A stretch of DNA of 59,913 nucleotides, filler included, from Sphacelaria rigidula (Eukaryota), in assembly GCA_964200075.2 (NCBI GenBank). It is 7 parts of 7 records of this genome, joined end to end, with 100 filler letters (N's around TTAATTAATTAA, not from the genome) between each part and the next. Parts side by side here need not be neighbours in the genome. Positions count along the whole stretch, not along the records: positions 34,297 to 42,769 come from CAXNAA020011026.1; positions 42,870 to 51,341 come from CAXNAA020011027.1; 5 more parts are not named here. One strand, 5' to 3'. The notes beneath the pieces were generated by a model. The model did not search any database. It was not told the origin of the DNA and saw only the letters and a list, made by a program, of their open reading frames with translations. Within the stretch, counting starts at the first letter, position 1. The number at the start of each line of letters is the position of its first letter. Position numbers and translations under genes: made by a program. Shown piece after piece: positions 36,331-49,385 of the stretch.

Positions 36331-37287
36331 ATACTGCTTACACGCTATCGTTCTTACTTCTGCTGCCCCCACCCCAAAAGGGTGCATATACGCGAACGCG
36401 TGCCTGATATTGCAGAGCGTGCAGCATCACGGTTGGACTCACACTTGAAAATACCAGATAGTGGACGCTTTGACTGGGTGCTCTGCGTGCGCTTGGGTTC
36501 CATGTTGGACAAGCACCTTAGGGTTAGGATTAGAAATAGCGCGCGCAAAAACAGTGCGCTCTTGCCTTCCCGAAGTCAGCAGAGCACTTTGGGCGCCATA
36601 TGTTCTGCGCGAAGTTGCGGAAACAAGCAATTGTCACCCCAATTCTCGACTCATAGCCATCGGACTTGGTTGAGTATCAAATACCAAGCTGTGTAATGCT
36701 GTGTAGCTCTTGGTGTCAGCTATTGGTCGTTCTCGGACTTATCCCGGGAGTTTTGCGAGACTGCGTACGCCGGGCCCGGCATGCCACGATCGGAACGGAA
36801 ATCAAGAGACATGCTGTATTTTGACATTGATCATGATATTTCGTTCTCATAAGGCACGCCCTGAGCACATTTGCATGCTACGAAATGCGCCTCACCGTTT
36901 CCGACCTACAGTACTGTCTCACATGAGCCGACATATCTCGACCATTTCAAATGTACATGTACACTTGGAATCTGAAATCGATAAACTGTGCCCCAAAACG
37001 TTGTGTGTGATGGGGTCGAGCCGCTTGTTCGTCCAGGGCCAGGGTCCTTCAAGCCTCAAGCAGGTGAAGCGATCAAGACGCTTGTGCATGTGCATGTATT
37101 CAGCAACCAAGTAGTGAAGTAGGTGCTGAGTGTGAGGGATGCCGACGGTATCCAATTATATATTCACCAACGCAGTAATCGCCACCCCTGCTTTAGACGC
37201 ACTTGTACAGCATTTCATCCCTTGGTGAGACAATCGGTGTGAGTAGCGGACCTATCGTGTGCTCACGATATTTTGTCTCAAGGGGCG

Positions 37288-40200
37288 ATGATTCTCCGAT
37301 GCGGTCTCCGATGCGGCGGGAAGAGAGTCGACAAGTGGGCCGCACTCGTTGCCATTTTCTTGGGCGCGAATTTGGATCCAAGCTCTGCTAGCGCTGAAGA
37401 CAGGGCGGTGCTGGGTGCCGTGACGCCGCATTCAATCGCGCTAGGCGAGGAGGTGACCGTGAGGTGGAGCTATGAAGACGGAGATGGAGGTACACAGGAT
37501 TCATGGTTTTGTTTTTTTGCGTATGAGCAGGTCCCTTGCGTCCAAAATGTCCAAATGGTGAGGTATGCTGTGCTATTCTATGCTGCGCTGTGCTGCGGTC
37601 TACGTCGTTCTTACAAGACGGACGTCTGGGGCTATTTTCAGGTCTGATCGCACGGGAGACCTGCATGGCGTCACCCGCGAAGGACGATAGGCAATCGTTA
37701 CGTCAACTCGAAAACACAGCCGCACATGACCCACGTAATGCTATTCACTATAAAATTAATAGCACACACGAACGGAAGAAGGAAGAAGAGAAGAGAAGAG
37801 GGCACAACCGTTGAGTATTTACCTGCAGGCAAGCTACACGAGGAAGCACACATGAGGACCCACGCAAAATGGCAGCATCCGATTTTGAGGAAGGCACACT
37901 ACGAAAAGTTTCAGACGTGAAGACACTCATGAGAACTTCACGTGACACTCAGGGGAGGTGGGCACAATCAGGATGCCCGTCGTCTGACGAGTGCACACTC
38001 GAACACCGACGCCGTAGGTATCCGGGGCAGAACCATGAGCCCCGTGTGGCGATGTACTACCTGAATGTGTCATGGCTGAGGCCGATGGGTCAACACGGTT
38101 GATCGAGGTATGCCGCTGATATGTGCAGCGCCAGCCTCGAATTGGGCTACGCTACGCTACCCTACCTTACCTTACCTACCCACCTCCGCTCTTGTCGCGT
38201 TGTGTTGACTGTTTTGTTATGTAGGTTCCACGGGCCGTTTCGACATCGACCTCTACATGTGCGACGACGCGTTTTGCGGACAAAGTGACTGTGGAGAATT
38301 CGTCAGCAACATTTGCGACAAGCCGGGGTGAGCTTCTATGGTGTACAAATTGTCTGGTATAGTATATCCCGTGTACTCGTAGACCTTTTACTTGTTTTTC
38401 CTTGTTCTCGTAGTGCTGACTTTACCGCACCACCTGAAGTCCGTTCGCCTTGCACTGTATTGACTGTACTCTACTCCCACCGACGGGAGTGCCCCCATTT
38501 TGTTCCCGTTTTGTGCTACTGCTACTTGAATTATTTCAGTACCTCATTCCTTGACGCCAGTTTTACGAGTCGATCGCGTGCAGTCTAGTCGAATATATAT
38601 GAGCAACCCTACTTTTTGTGCAACTTCCTCGACTTGTGCTGGCTGAACGTTCGAGCGAGCACGGCTTGAAGCAGCAAGCGCGAAATTTCATCTTGATGTT
38701 GGTGTTGGTGTTGGGGTTGGCGATAGTTATCTTTTCGGTATCTGTTGTCTCATTGTGTCTCAGTGTACACTGATTCTGTGTCTATGGTGTTGGCGTTGTC
38801 ATCGCCATCGTCGTCACCCTTGCCTCGGCTTGTTGTCATTGCCCATGAGATGAATACCCACTCATGTCGGGGTACCTCCTATGTTGTGTTTCCTGCGCAC
38901 GACCTGATCCCTTGCTTGGACGCTTGGACTGCGGGGAAACAACAAACCGGACGAACGGGAAACAGAATTGGATGCGTCGACTCTAGTGGCGACTATGCGA
39001 TGACCGTTCCCACCACCTTGACACCTGGTGACGCATACAAGATCAGGTGACATCTGCTAGATATTGTGCTGCACTGTTGTAGTATTGTAGTTACCCCTCT
39101 TCTCTATGGAGGGAAAAAAAAATAGTATTTTGCATTTTTCCTTGCCTGCGGCGGCGTACCCGCTAGGCCCCCTCATCACCGGGGGGGGGAGCGTTGGGGC
39201 TCGCGGCGAAGCCGCGAGCCGCTGATGTTTTGACCGCATCGATGTACTGGCCGCTGGCGTGGTGAGTTCAAACTCAACTGGCCAGAGTTGCCAGTCCACA
39301 GTCATAAAATTTCGGACACAAGTAAAGTGCAATGCCAGCAGAAGTAGGAAAGAGGGACTTGTGATACTGCTCACATGGTGGCTGACGCAGCGCACCATGT
39401 ATCGCTCCATGCATTTGTACGTTGCATCGCAAATTGCTTGGGTGCTGCTTTGATTCATTGGTTGGACGATTGATCGTCGTACACATGTGAAGATGAAGTG
39501 ATCCGCCACGAGTAGAGCCGTGGTACAATCACAAGCTAGGTTTATACCCGAGATGAATACTGGGCAAAAATCTTCAAAGGAAAGTCGAGATAGGGTGAGG
39601 GGAACGACGAAGAAAGAAGAAAGGATAAAGGACAAACAGTGTATGGTTCAAAAGTCAGCTTAGTGTTCACATTCCGGTCATGGCAACGTCATGGCACCGA
39701 CACACTGACGCTCTGTACTTTCGCCTCCGGTGCGCTCTTGTTCTGCGTTCAGAGTGGGATTACACGACACGGACCTCTTCGACTGCACTTCAACATTCAC
39801 CATCCTCGAGGATATTCCAGTGCCTACACTGGAGGTATGTAGAATGAATCCCCCTTGATTTACGTACACCGCCGCGTAGCGCGCCCTAGATGTGTATGAT
39901 TGCTGTCCTGTGTTGTTCTCACTCCTCACTGGCGTGGCGCATACCTCTATGGGCGAGCGCGTCTTGTCTGTGGCTCTCTATTTTACCTCTTACGTGATGC
40001 ATTTCTTTGTCTCGCCCTTAGTGCCATTTCTATATATCATTGATAGCTTGATGTTGGAAGTTGTAGACGGTAGACCGCTTTTCACTCATGAATTGCAGGA
40101 ATTGGGGTCTACACCGTTCCAAGTTTCCCATTCCACTCTTGTCGTTCATCTTCTTACTGCTTGGTTCAGGTGTATACCCCCGTCTACTCGGCAGTTTCAG

Positions 40201-41717
40201 GAAGCGATTACTCCTCTGCGGATGATGACCACAGTGCGTCCGAAGTAGTGGAAACAACGTCTTCCACAGAACAGGTTGGCCATAAGCTCCCTCGTTGCCT
40301 CCACATGGGAAGGTTAAAGAATACTCGCGCAGTGTGTCATGGTGTGTGTTTGTACCGCATGTAGGTTAGTCGGCGTAAGTGTCGCGTCGAGTTGTAGTAC
40401 GTGGTGTTCGTTCCAAGTCTCGCCTGTGCATGGTATGCATACTTTTTTCTGTCACTTGCACACTATTTTCACATGCCGATGCATTTGTCATGTGACCAGC
40501 GTTGCGTGATGCTCTCAGGCCGCTTCCTTCAGTCTGAAAACGGACTCTCTGAGAATTGCCCTTTTCGAGCCTTTCATCGCGGATTCTGACGCAACACGGG
40601 CATGGCGAATTGGGCCTCCTCGGAAAAATTGCTGTGCTTTCCAAGAGGATTCTAGCGTAGTTTCTGATTTTTCGTGCGCCCAGTTTCAGTTTTGAAGATA
40701 TTGTCAATTATTTCGGTCGCCCCAAAGATCTTCGAGTTGTCGGAAAAAACACGTATTTTTTCCAGACAACTCATGAATTTTGCGGCAACTGAAAAAATCT
40801 GCAATATGGCCAAAAGTAAAAGTGGGCGCAGGAAAAATCTGCAAACTACGCTCGAATTCTCTTGGGAAGCATAGCAAATCTTCACGAGGAGGCCCACTCC
40901 GCCAAGGTCCGTATTCCATAAAAAATCCGCGATAGAAGGCTCAAAAAGGGAAAAATCTCAGAGAGTCCGTTTTCAGCGAAGAAGCGGCAAGGAGAAAAAC
41001 GTGACAGTTTGTTGGGCGTTCATTCTCAGGCTGACCGCATGTAGTGTCATGCCACATGCCTTGTGTGCAGCAGAACTCGGCACACGACCATACACATCAT
41101 CATGGTAAAATCTGTTGTTCTGAAAGTAACATACCGTTATAATTGCACAGCGTATTTTATTCAGGACAATATGCCGCTCTTTGGTAGCAGGAGATGGCGT
41201 CTCATGACAAGACACGATGAACGGAAAAAAAAGGCACCTGGTAGGTAGAGCGCACCAGTCATCCCATCATGCGGACTCGATCTATGTTTCTGTTTACGCG
41301 TCGGTTGGCACTGTGAAAATTCGCTGTTTTCTCTTCAAGCGTTGCAGTATCGAGAGAAGGCTACAGGACATCTCTTGTGCACCTTGCTACACGTATGAAC
41401 GAAGCAACACATCTCGCCCATAGCAGATACACTACACTACAGTACCTCTATCCTCCGTAGGTCCGTCTTGTTTTTGGCATGTCATCCTGCAATCTTGCCG
41501 CGCTTTTGGCAACGTCGTGTTCCAGTCTCGTACCGTGCCCCACCTGATGGGGTATGTGCCGTGTACTGTATGTACATTGTGCACTGAGTAGTTGGATCGC
41601 ATGTTGCCTTTCCTGCCTTATATTCCAGAGGTTCCGAGCGCTGCAGTCATCGGACGCCCCCTATTTCGAGGCATCGACAGGCTACGCCATAGCAGCAAAC
41701 GACTCAATAACTGTCAG
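37288..41717 (+). CDS. Partial spliced gene: secreted/cell-surface protein with Cys-containing Ig-like (Kre9/KNH-N-like) domain(s)
   Basis: Phase-compatible exons 37288-37489, 38225-38327, 38966-39046, 39753-39834, 40170-40274, 41629-41717. Product: hydrophobic leader WAALVAIFLGA; GEEVTVRWSY..FDIDLYMC..CG..CG.FVSNICDK..GC.DS.GDY..TVP..PGDAYKIRV..DC..TFTI; Ser/Thr/acidic linker; then the start of a likely second domain (ANDSITVR). Confidence 0.8.
40518..40988. mobile_element. 471-bp fold-back MITE, intronic
   Basis: Arms GCCGCTTC..CTGAAAACGGACTCTCTGAG / CTCAGAGAGTCCGTTTTCAG..GAAGCGGC pair inward to a small loop near 40750. TSD not clear. Confidence 0.8.
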
Positions 41718-42169
41718 GTAATACACTTGCGCTGAGAGGCACCACTACTAGTGGGGAAGTCGCCAAGGCTGAGGTGACAGCAACACCTACAGCCCGCGAG
41801 GAATTCAAAAGTAAATGGTCGAGACGGTGACCCGCTTGGCTCGTGACTAGGGATGACCGGGGCAGGCGGGGCCATCGTAAAAACTGATGTAGCCTTGTGT
41901 TGTCCTAGTGTGGTCGTTTGCTCCTTTCCCCGGTGTACAGTTTTAGTCATGCCCTTCACCTGCATTCCTGCACATGCTTAGCTCTGTCCTTAGCTCTGAG
42001 TTTTTTTTCTTATTCCTCCTCCTTCTCGTCCTCTTGTTCCGTTCTGTCCTGCTCTGTCCTGCTCTGCTTTTTTCTCCTAACGCGGTACAAGTAATACCAT
42101 TAGTAATGGTAACAGTGTCAGTATTGGTATTACTATTAGTCTTAGTGTTCGTTTGTGTCTCGCTGCTGC

Positions 42170-42665
42170 AGACTTACCAGCGGAGGTGACTTCTGATATC
42201 GTACCCAAATAGTCTTGTCCCCAGACAGCTCACATGTAATGGTCGAAACGGGTTCCACGACCCTGCCCGTCATGTTTTGTTTTGTACAGCCTCCTTACTG
42301 GAAGCCATGCGGCAGGGACCTGGCGGGTTTTGTTTCTTGTCTTGTTTTATTTCGGTACCGATGCCGAATTACGCCATATTATACGGTATCATACCTCACC
42401 CTACCATACCATACCATGTCATACCGTACCGTACTATACTGTACTAGATATAGATCTCAACCCGTCGGTTTTAGCTTGGCTTTCCTCTCTGTTTTTTCTC
42501 CCATTGTCAGTTAAGGTTACCGGGTTCTCTCCATCCTTTTCAATCTTTCTGGTTCATCGAGATAATTTCCTTCAGCTCGTATCTACTTTTATTTGCTTCG
42601 GGTATATCTTGGGGTATGTCTTGGGGGTTTGTGTGTTTACGTCTATCTTGTGACCACGGCTGTGT

Positions 42666-42718
<53 letters not shown>

Positions 42719-42760
42719 ATCTCACATTAGCTGATTGCAACAATCCAGCCCGTGGTCAGG
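42170..42760. mobile_element. LINE-type 3' region abutting an oppositely oriented (AATC)n tail
   Basis: TGACCACGGCTG (42651) faces CAGCCCGTGGTCA (~42746) across (GATT)n at 42666-42718. Left boundary uncertain. Confidence 0.5.
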
Positions 42761-42769
42761 AGCAGCAAA

Positions 42770-42869
42770 NNNNNNNNNNNNNNNNNNNNNNNNNNNNNNN
42801 NNNNNNNNNNNNNTTAATTAATTAANNNNNNNNNNNNNNNNNNNNNNNNNNNNNNNNNNNNNNNNNNNN
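42770..42869. other. Artificial contig linker
   Basis: 44 N + TTAATTAATTAA + 44 N. Confidence 0.99.
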
Positions 42870-43801
42870 ACCAGGCCGAAGAAATCGTGGATTTGGTGAT
42901 TCGTAGTCGTGATGATTCGTCCTAACCGTGAAAGCTTCGTATTAAGAAGTAAGCTCCCTGCGACGAATGGTCTCTGCAAAAACAAAAATCGCGTTGGGGC
43001 GCGCGATACTACGTCGGCTGTAAGCTGTCACGAACCGCGCGGAGTGCTCCCGTACCAGCTCTCGTGCCCCCTCTCCCTCGCACATGAACCCGTATCCCCC
43101 ATGCATGGGGCGGTGTTGTATATTACCTCCTACTGAGCGCAACAGTATTATTTCGGCGAAAGTGACGAAAGTCCAAAGTCCACCTACCATTTTATGTAGC
43201 ACGCACAGTGCGCTTCCAAAGTGTTTGACGACCCGAGATCCTGTTTGCGACCACAAGGTAAATAGATGCGTCGATATCTTCCGCGGTCATGCAGTATAAC
43301 GATGTTTTGACAGCAAATTCGGTTAGCACATACTAGCTGAACTCCAAGGGCACCTGTTTGGGCATATCTGTAGTTTCGTCTGATGGCAGGCGAGGTTTTA
43401 CATCGTCTCGTTGACAGTTTTTTTTTTATCCGATTTCGAATCAGGCTTGTCCGTAGGAAAATCAAGACACGAAAATTTCGCTCCCACCGGACTTTGGTTC
43501 GGTATGGTAGCGCTTGGTCCGATCGCTTCAATCTTCCGTAGTCATTGTCCATCTCCAGTCATTGTTCATCTCAACGAGAGCCTGGCTCCCAAACCCGCGC
43601 CCAAAGAGCCTTCCTTCGAAGAGCCCCTTGGCTCATGGCCACACCGTTTACACCTTTCCATTATCCAAATTGCCACAACGGGCACCATGTTGTTCAACAT
43701 CGCGTTTTCACGAGCAATTTTGGCGAACCTGATTTGATTTTGCTCTCGGATCAATGCGTACGCAAGCCGCAGCTGATTACTATGAGACGTCGTGGTACGC
43801 C

Positions 43802-44099
43802 TCGATGTCTCTATCCCAGCTCTGATGTCCGTTGGCATTTTTGCATTTGAACACTGTCAGGGGCACCCGAGGTGTACGAACGACATGAGCTTCATAGGGA
43901 GGCGATCCCGTAGCGATATTGACCCAGCTGTTGTAGTTCATTTGGACAAAGGGCAAACATGAATACATTGAAGCTGGGTCAATATCGCTACGGGATCGCC
44001 TCCCTATGAAGCTCATGTCGTTCGTACACCTCGGGTACCCCTGACATTGTTCGAACGCAAAAATACCAACAGATATCAGAGTTTGGATGGAGATATTGA
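43802..44099. repeat. ~300-nt inverted duplication (hairpin) of integrase sequence with 65-bp perfect stem
   Basis: 43865-43929 is the exact reverse complement of 43972-44036. Imperfect pairing continues outward about 60 bp and inward to a ~9-nt loop. Confidence 0.95.
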
Positions 44100-44601
44100 A
44101 GAGTACCACCAAGTTCGTCGCAGCTGCAAGCGAACGTGCCTTCATATGGTTCTCACCACTTCAGCCCCACTGTTTTCCGTCAGACGATGGGAACTATTGA
44201 AAATGCGATGAGCACCCCTGAATACAGAGAGATATGCACCGTTGTCGGATATAAAATCTCAGGGGCACACCTCATGTTGTTCACTAGGACGTCGGCGGCA
44301 CCTTTGGCTCTAAAGTCAGATTCAGACGCAGCGTGCATAACCGCGTGTCGACATAATCGATCTGTGAACCACAAAATATACTCATTACCAATTCTATCGG
44401 TGAGGAGCAATGGACCGAAGTAATTTCACGAGAAGACTTCGCCGGGCCTATCAGGAGGTAGCGTGGAAATCACGGGAAGTGGCATGGAAATCACAGGACA
44501 CCCAACAGTCTCGCATGAAGTTTTGTGCCCTTGGCACAACAGACAAGTTCGCTCCCGCCAACGGACCCGCTAATAATATAAATCCACAGATCAAAACGTT
44601 C

Positions 44602-44854
44602 GAGGATCGGACGAATCATCGCTGGTTCGGGTAACCATATCTATGATTTCCGAGGGCTGATGGCACGAAAATGAGAAGAAAGTTGACCGCGGGTTTGAGA
44701 AAGTGTCTCGTGCAAAGTTTGCGCTATTTGACGTGCCTCGGATGCGCGCACCTGAGGGTGCGACGATGACAACAGAACTCAAGGATTGACTCGTACGGGA
44801 CAAATCACTCACAGTAAAAGCAACTAAATTTCCAGTCGATTCGTCCGACCGTTC
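44602..44854 (-). mobile_element. CA(C/A)GG-TIR family MITE inserted in the Gypsy element
   Basis: Termini TCGGACGAATC ... GATTCGTCCGA. Internal match to 1108-1315. Confidence 0.7.
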
Positions 44855-47696
44855 ATGAGGTTTAAGCATTTGTGGCAGTACTGACGTCTACAAGGCGCGT
44901 GGATGCCTGCGTCTGGCACTCGTGTTGCACCCAAGTCGTGGAAAACATCGGGACATGGATTCTCGACAATGTATTACATGCAAGCAAAGTGCATTTGCCT
45001 TCAGATTCTGCATTCGAGGCGCCGTTGTGGACCGAACGAACCGGAAGGACGAAGCCATTGATCGCCCGTATGTCGCATGCCTTTTCGGGCGAGGGGCGAG
45101 TCCAGTAACGTCATCCCCTCTGGGGGCTCTGTGAATCCCCAAAGGTGAGAAAAAAATCGGTTTCTGATCAGGGGAAAGGGCATCCGTGGACAAGTCATGG
45201 ATTGGCGCCCGGCAAGCAGGTTCTGCTGGCCGCTCTCCGGATTCTATATTGTGTGTGATGTACGCTTTTTGACGATGTAGTCTTTGGTCCAGGGTGTGAT
45301 TTACACTACGAGAATCCTTTCAGGCGGTTATGGCTGCGGTCGGGGATACCATGGGTTGGCCGATCGCTCGACAGTGGTCCGTGTTTGTGGGCAGCTCCAC
45401 TCAAGACTGAGCGCAGCGATTGAGGTTATGTCAACTGCCTCATGTTGATGCATTGGCGGAGGGTGTCAGCCTACGCATGCGGTGAGCCCGCGTGTCGACA
45501 GGTGAAAGTGATGTCGGGAGGCCGTGGGGACCTTCTCCGCTCATGAAGTAAACAATATTGCTCGCAATATCTTCTTTGAAGTCCATGATGCGTCCCATGG
45601 CTCGTGATGGGTACTGCCGGTTCGGACAGTGGAGACAAGAGGAGGGCGTTTGCGTTTTGCGGTCCTATTTTTTATTTTAGCTTGGACGTCTAAGACGACA
45701 GTGTTTCGAATCAGCACTGTACCGGTGCCTTTTGTGTTCCGCCGCTTGAGCGAGAGGTTCCAGAGATTCATCTTTCTTGAGGTCGCAGAACAGATATCCG
45801 GGAATGTTGACGGAAGCGTCTCATGACCGCAAGCTACAGGGCCGGCCTATTTTGCCGCAGTCGTGCAGTTTTGTTCGTGTGGAGAGGTGGTCCGACTTAG
45901 GCATAGAATGGTATGGATAATGACATGGTCTTTCTAGTATTCTCAAGTGCAGCCAAATCCGATTTTGGATTCATCCGTGTGCAGTCGGAAGGGATGGACG
46001 GAAACATTCCCGCCGCTTTCTCGCCGTGGAAGACCAGGGCCGGTTGTCGTGATTGGGTGTCCAGCAGGCTACGTATGGTTTGTTCCGTTTACGCTGCGAA
46101 CACGAATGTCACCATTTGTTGCAGAGGGTAGTGATGGGCTCCAACGTTTGGGCTAGGTTTGGTAAATGCTGACGGTAGTAGATAGCTCAATCCTTCCACC
46201 GAGGAGCGCAGTTGGGGAACATCCTCAGGCATGGGCACATCGGCAGGCGCGGGAACTTCGTCAAGATTGAGACTGCCGACCTTCAGCTGTGATGGGATGG
46301 CCTAGAAACTCTATCGTAGTCGCACAGTGCGAGATTTGGATGGAAGGCGAGTTTCGAAATCGTCTTGTTCAAATAGTCTCGGAAAAGGATGCGATGCGTT
46401 CCACGTGTTCGGCCGGTGTGCTTTCATGACACATATCATACGATATTTTGACAGTCCGTTGAATACACGAAAAAGTACACTTCGAACAGCTCCGGGAGCG
46501 TTGGCCGCAGCTGTTGTTGTAACCCGCCATTAATACAGCCCTGACAGCATGCGAAATGCCGTCAGTTCAATCGACCTCGGATCCGTCACCACGTGATGGT
46601 AGCCAGGTTGAGCATCGAAAGTCGAAAATCGTGGACCGTTGCTGAAGACGTCGATAATTGAATCTATCCCCGGAAGAGGCAGGCCAGCGGCAGGCTTTAC
46701 AGCATTCAATCGCTGATAGCCTACCGTGAGTCTGATCTCGCCGTTTTGACATCTACAACGAATAAAGCCGAGACCCACGACAATGTGGAGTGCCGGATTA
46801 GGCCGGTGGCTAGGTGACCATCGAGGATGACTTTGATTTGCCAGCCAACAACGGTCATGTACGGGAAGCATGCGTGGCGATAGGTGGTATTCCGTCCGGT
46901 ACGTTTTTTTCGACAAAGTCGTTGTACGTCGACCCAAACCCAAGGGCGATATCGAAAATCATTCAGAATAGAGTATCAAAGTAGCTGCAATGCCTGTCGA
47001 TAAGACTCACCTCCAACCGCCGCCGACTAGATAAAAAAGACGTGTGGTGTATTTGCGGGAATGTCAAGCGCTTGACCGCTTGAAGCTGACATGTAGTACA
47101 TACAGAGGCCAACCTGTCCAGGAAAGTCGTTGGTGGGGTGGGTTCCACCACCACCACTGCTGCTGGTTTTGCGCGCCAAAATATGCGATGTACTCGGATC
47201 TGAAAACGGACACAGCCTGCAATTTCACATCTACGGTAGGATGCTTCTTCCCTTATGATGCAGCAAGGCTTCATCGTTTTCTTGAGTGATTTTCTCCAGG
47301 ATTCAGTTTGAATTTGATTGCTGCTTGCATCTCTCTGTTACTTCTTGGTGTGGAGCACGGCTTTGTCGTGTCGGAGAAATTTCCCAGGCCCTCGGTATGA
47401 ATAATCTCTCGAGGGTCGTGCCCCCGTTGTCTAACGTCACAGCTGACTCCACTAGGCCGGAGAGAATGCGATGCTGACTCCCGTCCGATGCGACTATTAT
47501 AGTGTGGCCCTTCTCTCAGAAGTGTCTGATTTTTGTCGTTCGAAACGTGAGCGCTTGAGTAGAAAAGCTGCGTTTGAGTTTGTTATGCTAGACCACGGTC
47601 GATGCGGTCCGGGGTTGCTGTTGGTGGCTGAACGGGACGAAATTTGAAATTTTTTCGTGGTCAATGATTTTTCAAGGTTTGATCCCAAAGTGTGGT

Positions 47697-47735
47697 GTAC
47701 TCATGATCGTGCATGCCATAGTCATAAGACCATTG
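47697..47735 (-). repeat. Short 3'-end fragment of the C-run-associated element
   Basis: GTACTCATGATCGTGCATGCCATAGTCATAAGACCATTG. Confidence 0.8.
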
Positions 47736-48490
47736 CTTGTGTGGGGATCGGGAGATACCAGCATCCGTCCCACCTTCCGGGGAAAACCCCCCCCGGTTTC
47801 TGCACGCATTATTTTGAACGGCGTATGGGCTGATCAGTTTTCGGGAGTCCTGCGACTACACAGCCCTAATTTCTGATCCTTCTGTAATTTTGCTCAAGTG
47901 AGCCAATCTCGATCGTTCTCGTGAATGTACGTGAACAAACTTGTTTTTTGAATTTCTACCGTATCATTGCGGTATAACCAAAAAACTGTGTTTTTTGGGC
48001 CAGTGGCGTTCAATAACACCCCCTGATAAACGAGGTCTTTACTGCGTATCAACACGAAAACACCAACACGACTTGCTTCTTTTCCCAATATCTACCGACT
48101 CTAGCACTTTCGAGTACTCATCACAAATGGAGCGAGAAGAATACAAGAAAGTACCCAACTACGTAACAATTGCTCACCTGGGTTGTGAAAAGTACAAAGG
48201 GGTAAACAATCCCATTCGTTTTCGTAAATAATTCGACAAACCGTATTTTTTTTCAACTTCCACTTATTTGGCGCGCTAGAGCCGAAAAACAAAATATTTG
48301 GACTCAAAACGGTCAATAACACCCCCTGTAGAATTTCATAATGGAGTACATACTGAATTTTCACCGCGTGGCGCCTAAAAAGGTTACCATAATATGACAA
48401 TCAAATGTATTTTGCGCTACATTGAGTAGACGAATGCGCGGTATCTGGCGACACATGGCAAAGCTCACCCCTTCGTATTTGGAGGAGGTT

Positions 48491-48788
48491 GTGCTCATGA
48501 TCTCGCATGCCATAGTCATGAGACCGTTGACCAACCATTCCTGCGAAGCTGGGACGGAACACGCCGAGTTCTCGCAGGACCAGGCTCGCAATCAATCGCC
48601 AAGCGCGACGCGCCGTGATGTGTTCGGCGAATCGCGTGAAGAGTAAGCTGCATCCTGCTAAGATGTTTGGCCCGAAGCCTACTGATAATCTTGCATACGG
48701 ATGCCAACCTCCAACGAGTTGCTTCATTGTCTGGTAGCGCCACTTCCAGAGACGGCCACGGCTTACACACTGCCTCACGGGTGTCTCA
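48491..48788 (-). repeat. ~560-bp C-run-associated element, 5'-truncated copy
   Basis: GTGCTCATGATC... to ...CACTGCCTCACGGGTGTCTC. Aligns with 30857-31153. Confidence 0.9.
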
Positions 48789-48817
48789 GTACTTGGAGGG
48801 AGAGAAAATTCAATTAA

Positions 48818-48858
<41 letters not shown>

Positions 48859-49385
48859 CCACCCAACCCACACGCGCCCCGCAAAAACACCGCCACCGCG
48901 CCGAGCAAAAAAGACACATTCAGTGCCCCCNNNNNNNNNNCCAAGGACGGCCCCGGCTTAACCCCCCCCCCCCGGGTGGCCCCGACCTTGGAGGGAGAAA
49001 AAATTCAATTAATCCCCCCCCCCCCCCCCGCGCCAACACGTATACGAAGTGCGGACCAACTGGAGCCTGAAAACAGACAGCTCGGGATGTCAACAGAATT
49101 TTCATGTAGGTTCGCACCATTAAATCCATCGTCAAGGCATACTTGGCATAATAGTGCGAACACAAACGTCCAAACAGTTCATCAACATGCGAAGATTTTT
49201 TTTGTTCAAATAACGGTTGACTTGAGCTCTGCCAACCCGCGCTTGGCCTCGGACACTTCCTAGACCTGTCGTTGCCCGAGGGTTCGCGGTCTGCCTCAGG
49301 TTGGGGTTGAGGTCAAGATTCGGATTTCAGCGCAAGCAAGTATATGCCAACCGTGGAACCTCGGGGTCGAAATGGGGAGCTCACG

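Larger units (their letters stand above)
43150..47480 (-). mobile_element. Decayed Ty3/Gypsy LTR-retrotransposon pol (RT-RNase H-integrase)
   Basis: RT RLTVGYQRLNAV..LPLPGIDSIID..FSTFD..GYH..LTAF..GLY (46530-46750); PMPEDVPQLRS; RNase H FRLHTDESKIGFG; integrase FGPL..GNEYIL.FTDR (44300-44420) and LPFVQMNYN..ATG.PPYE. Gypsy domain order with many stops. Confidence 0.9.

Noticed and set aside
47905-48330. Diverged ~125-bp direct repeat sharing TCAATAACACCCCCTG
   Set aside because: Boundaries and element type could not be defined; likely internal TE repeats.
48790-49030. Direct repeat and long poly-C around a 10-N gap
   Set aside because: Looks like low-quality overlapping read ends at a gap rather than a true duplication.
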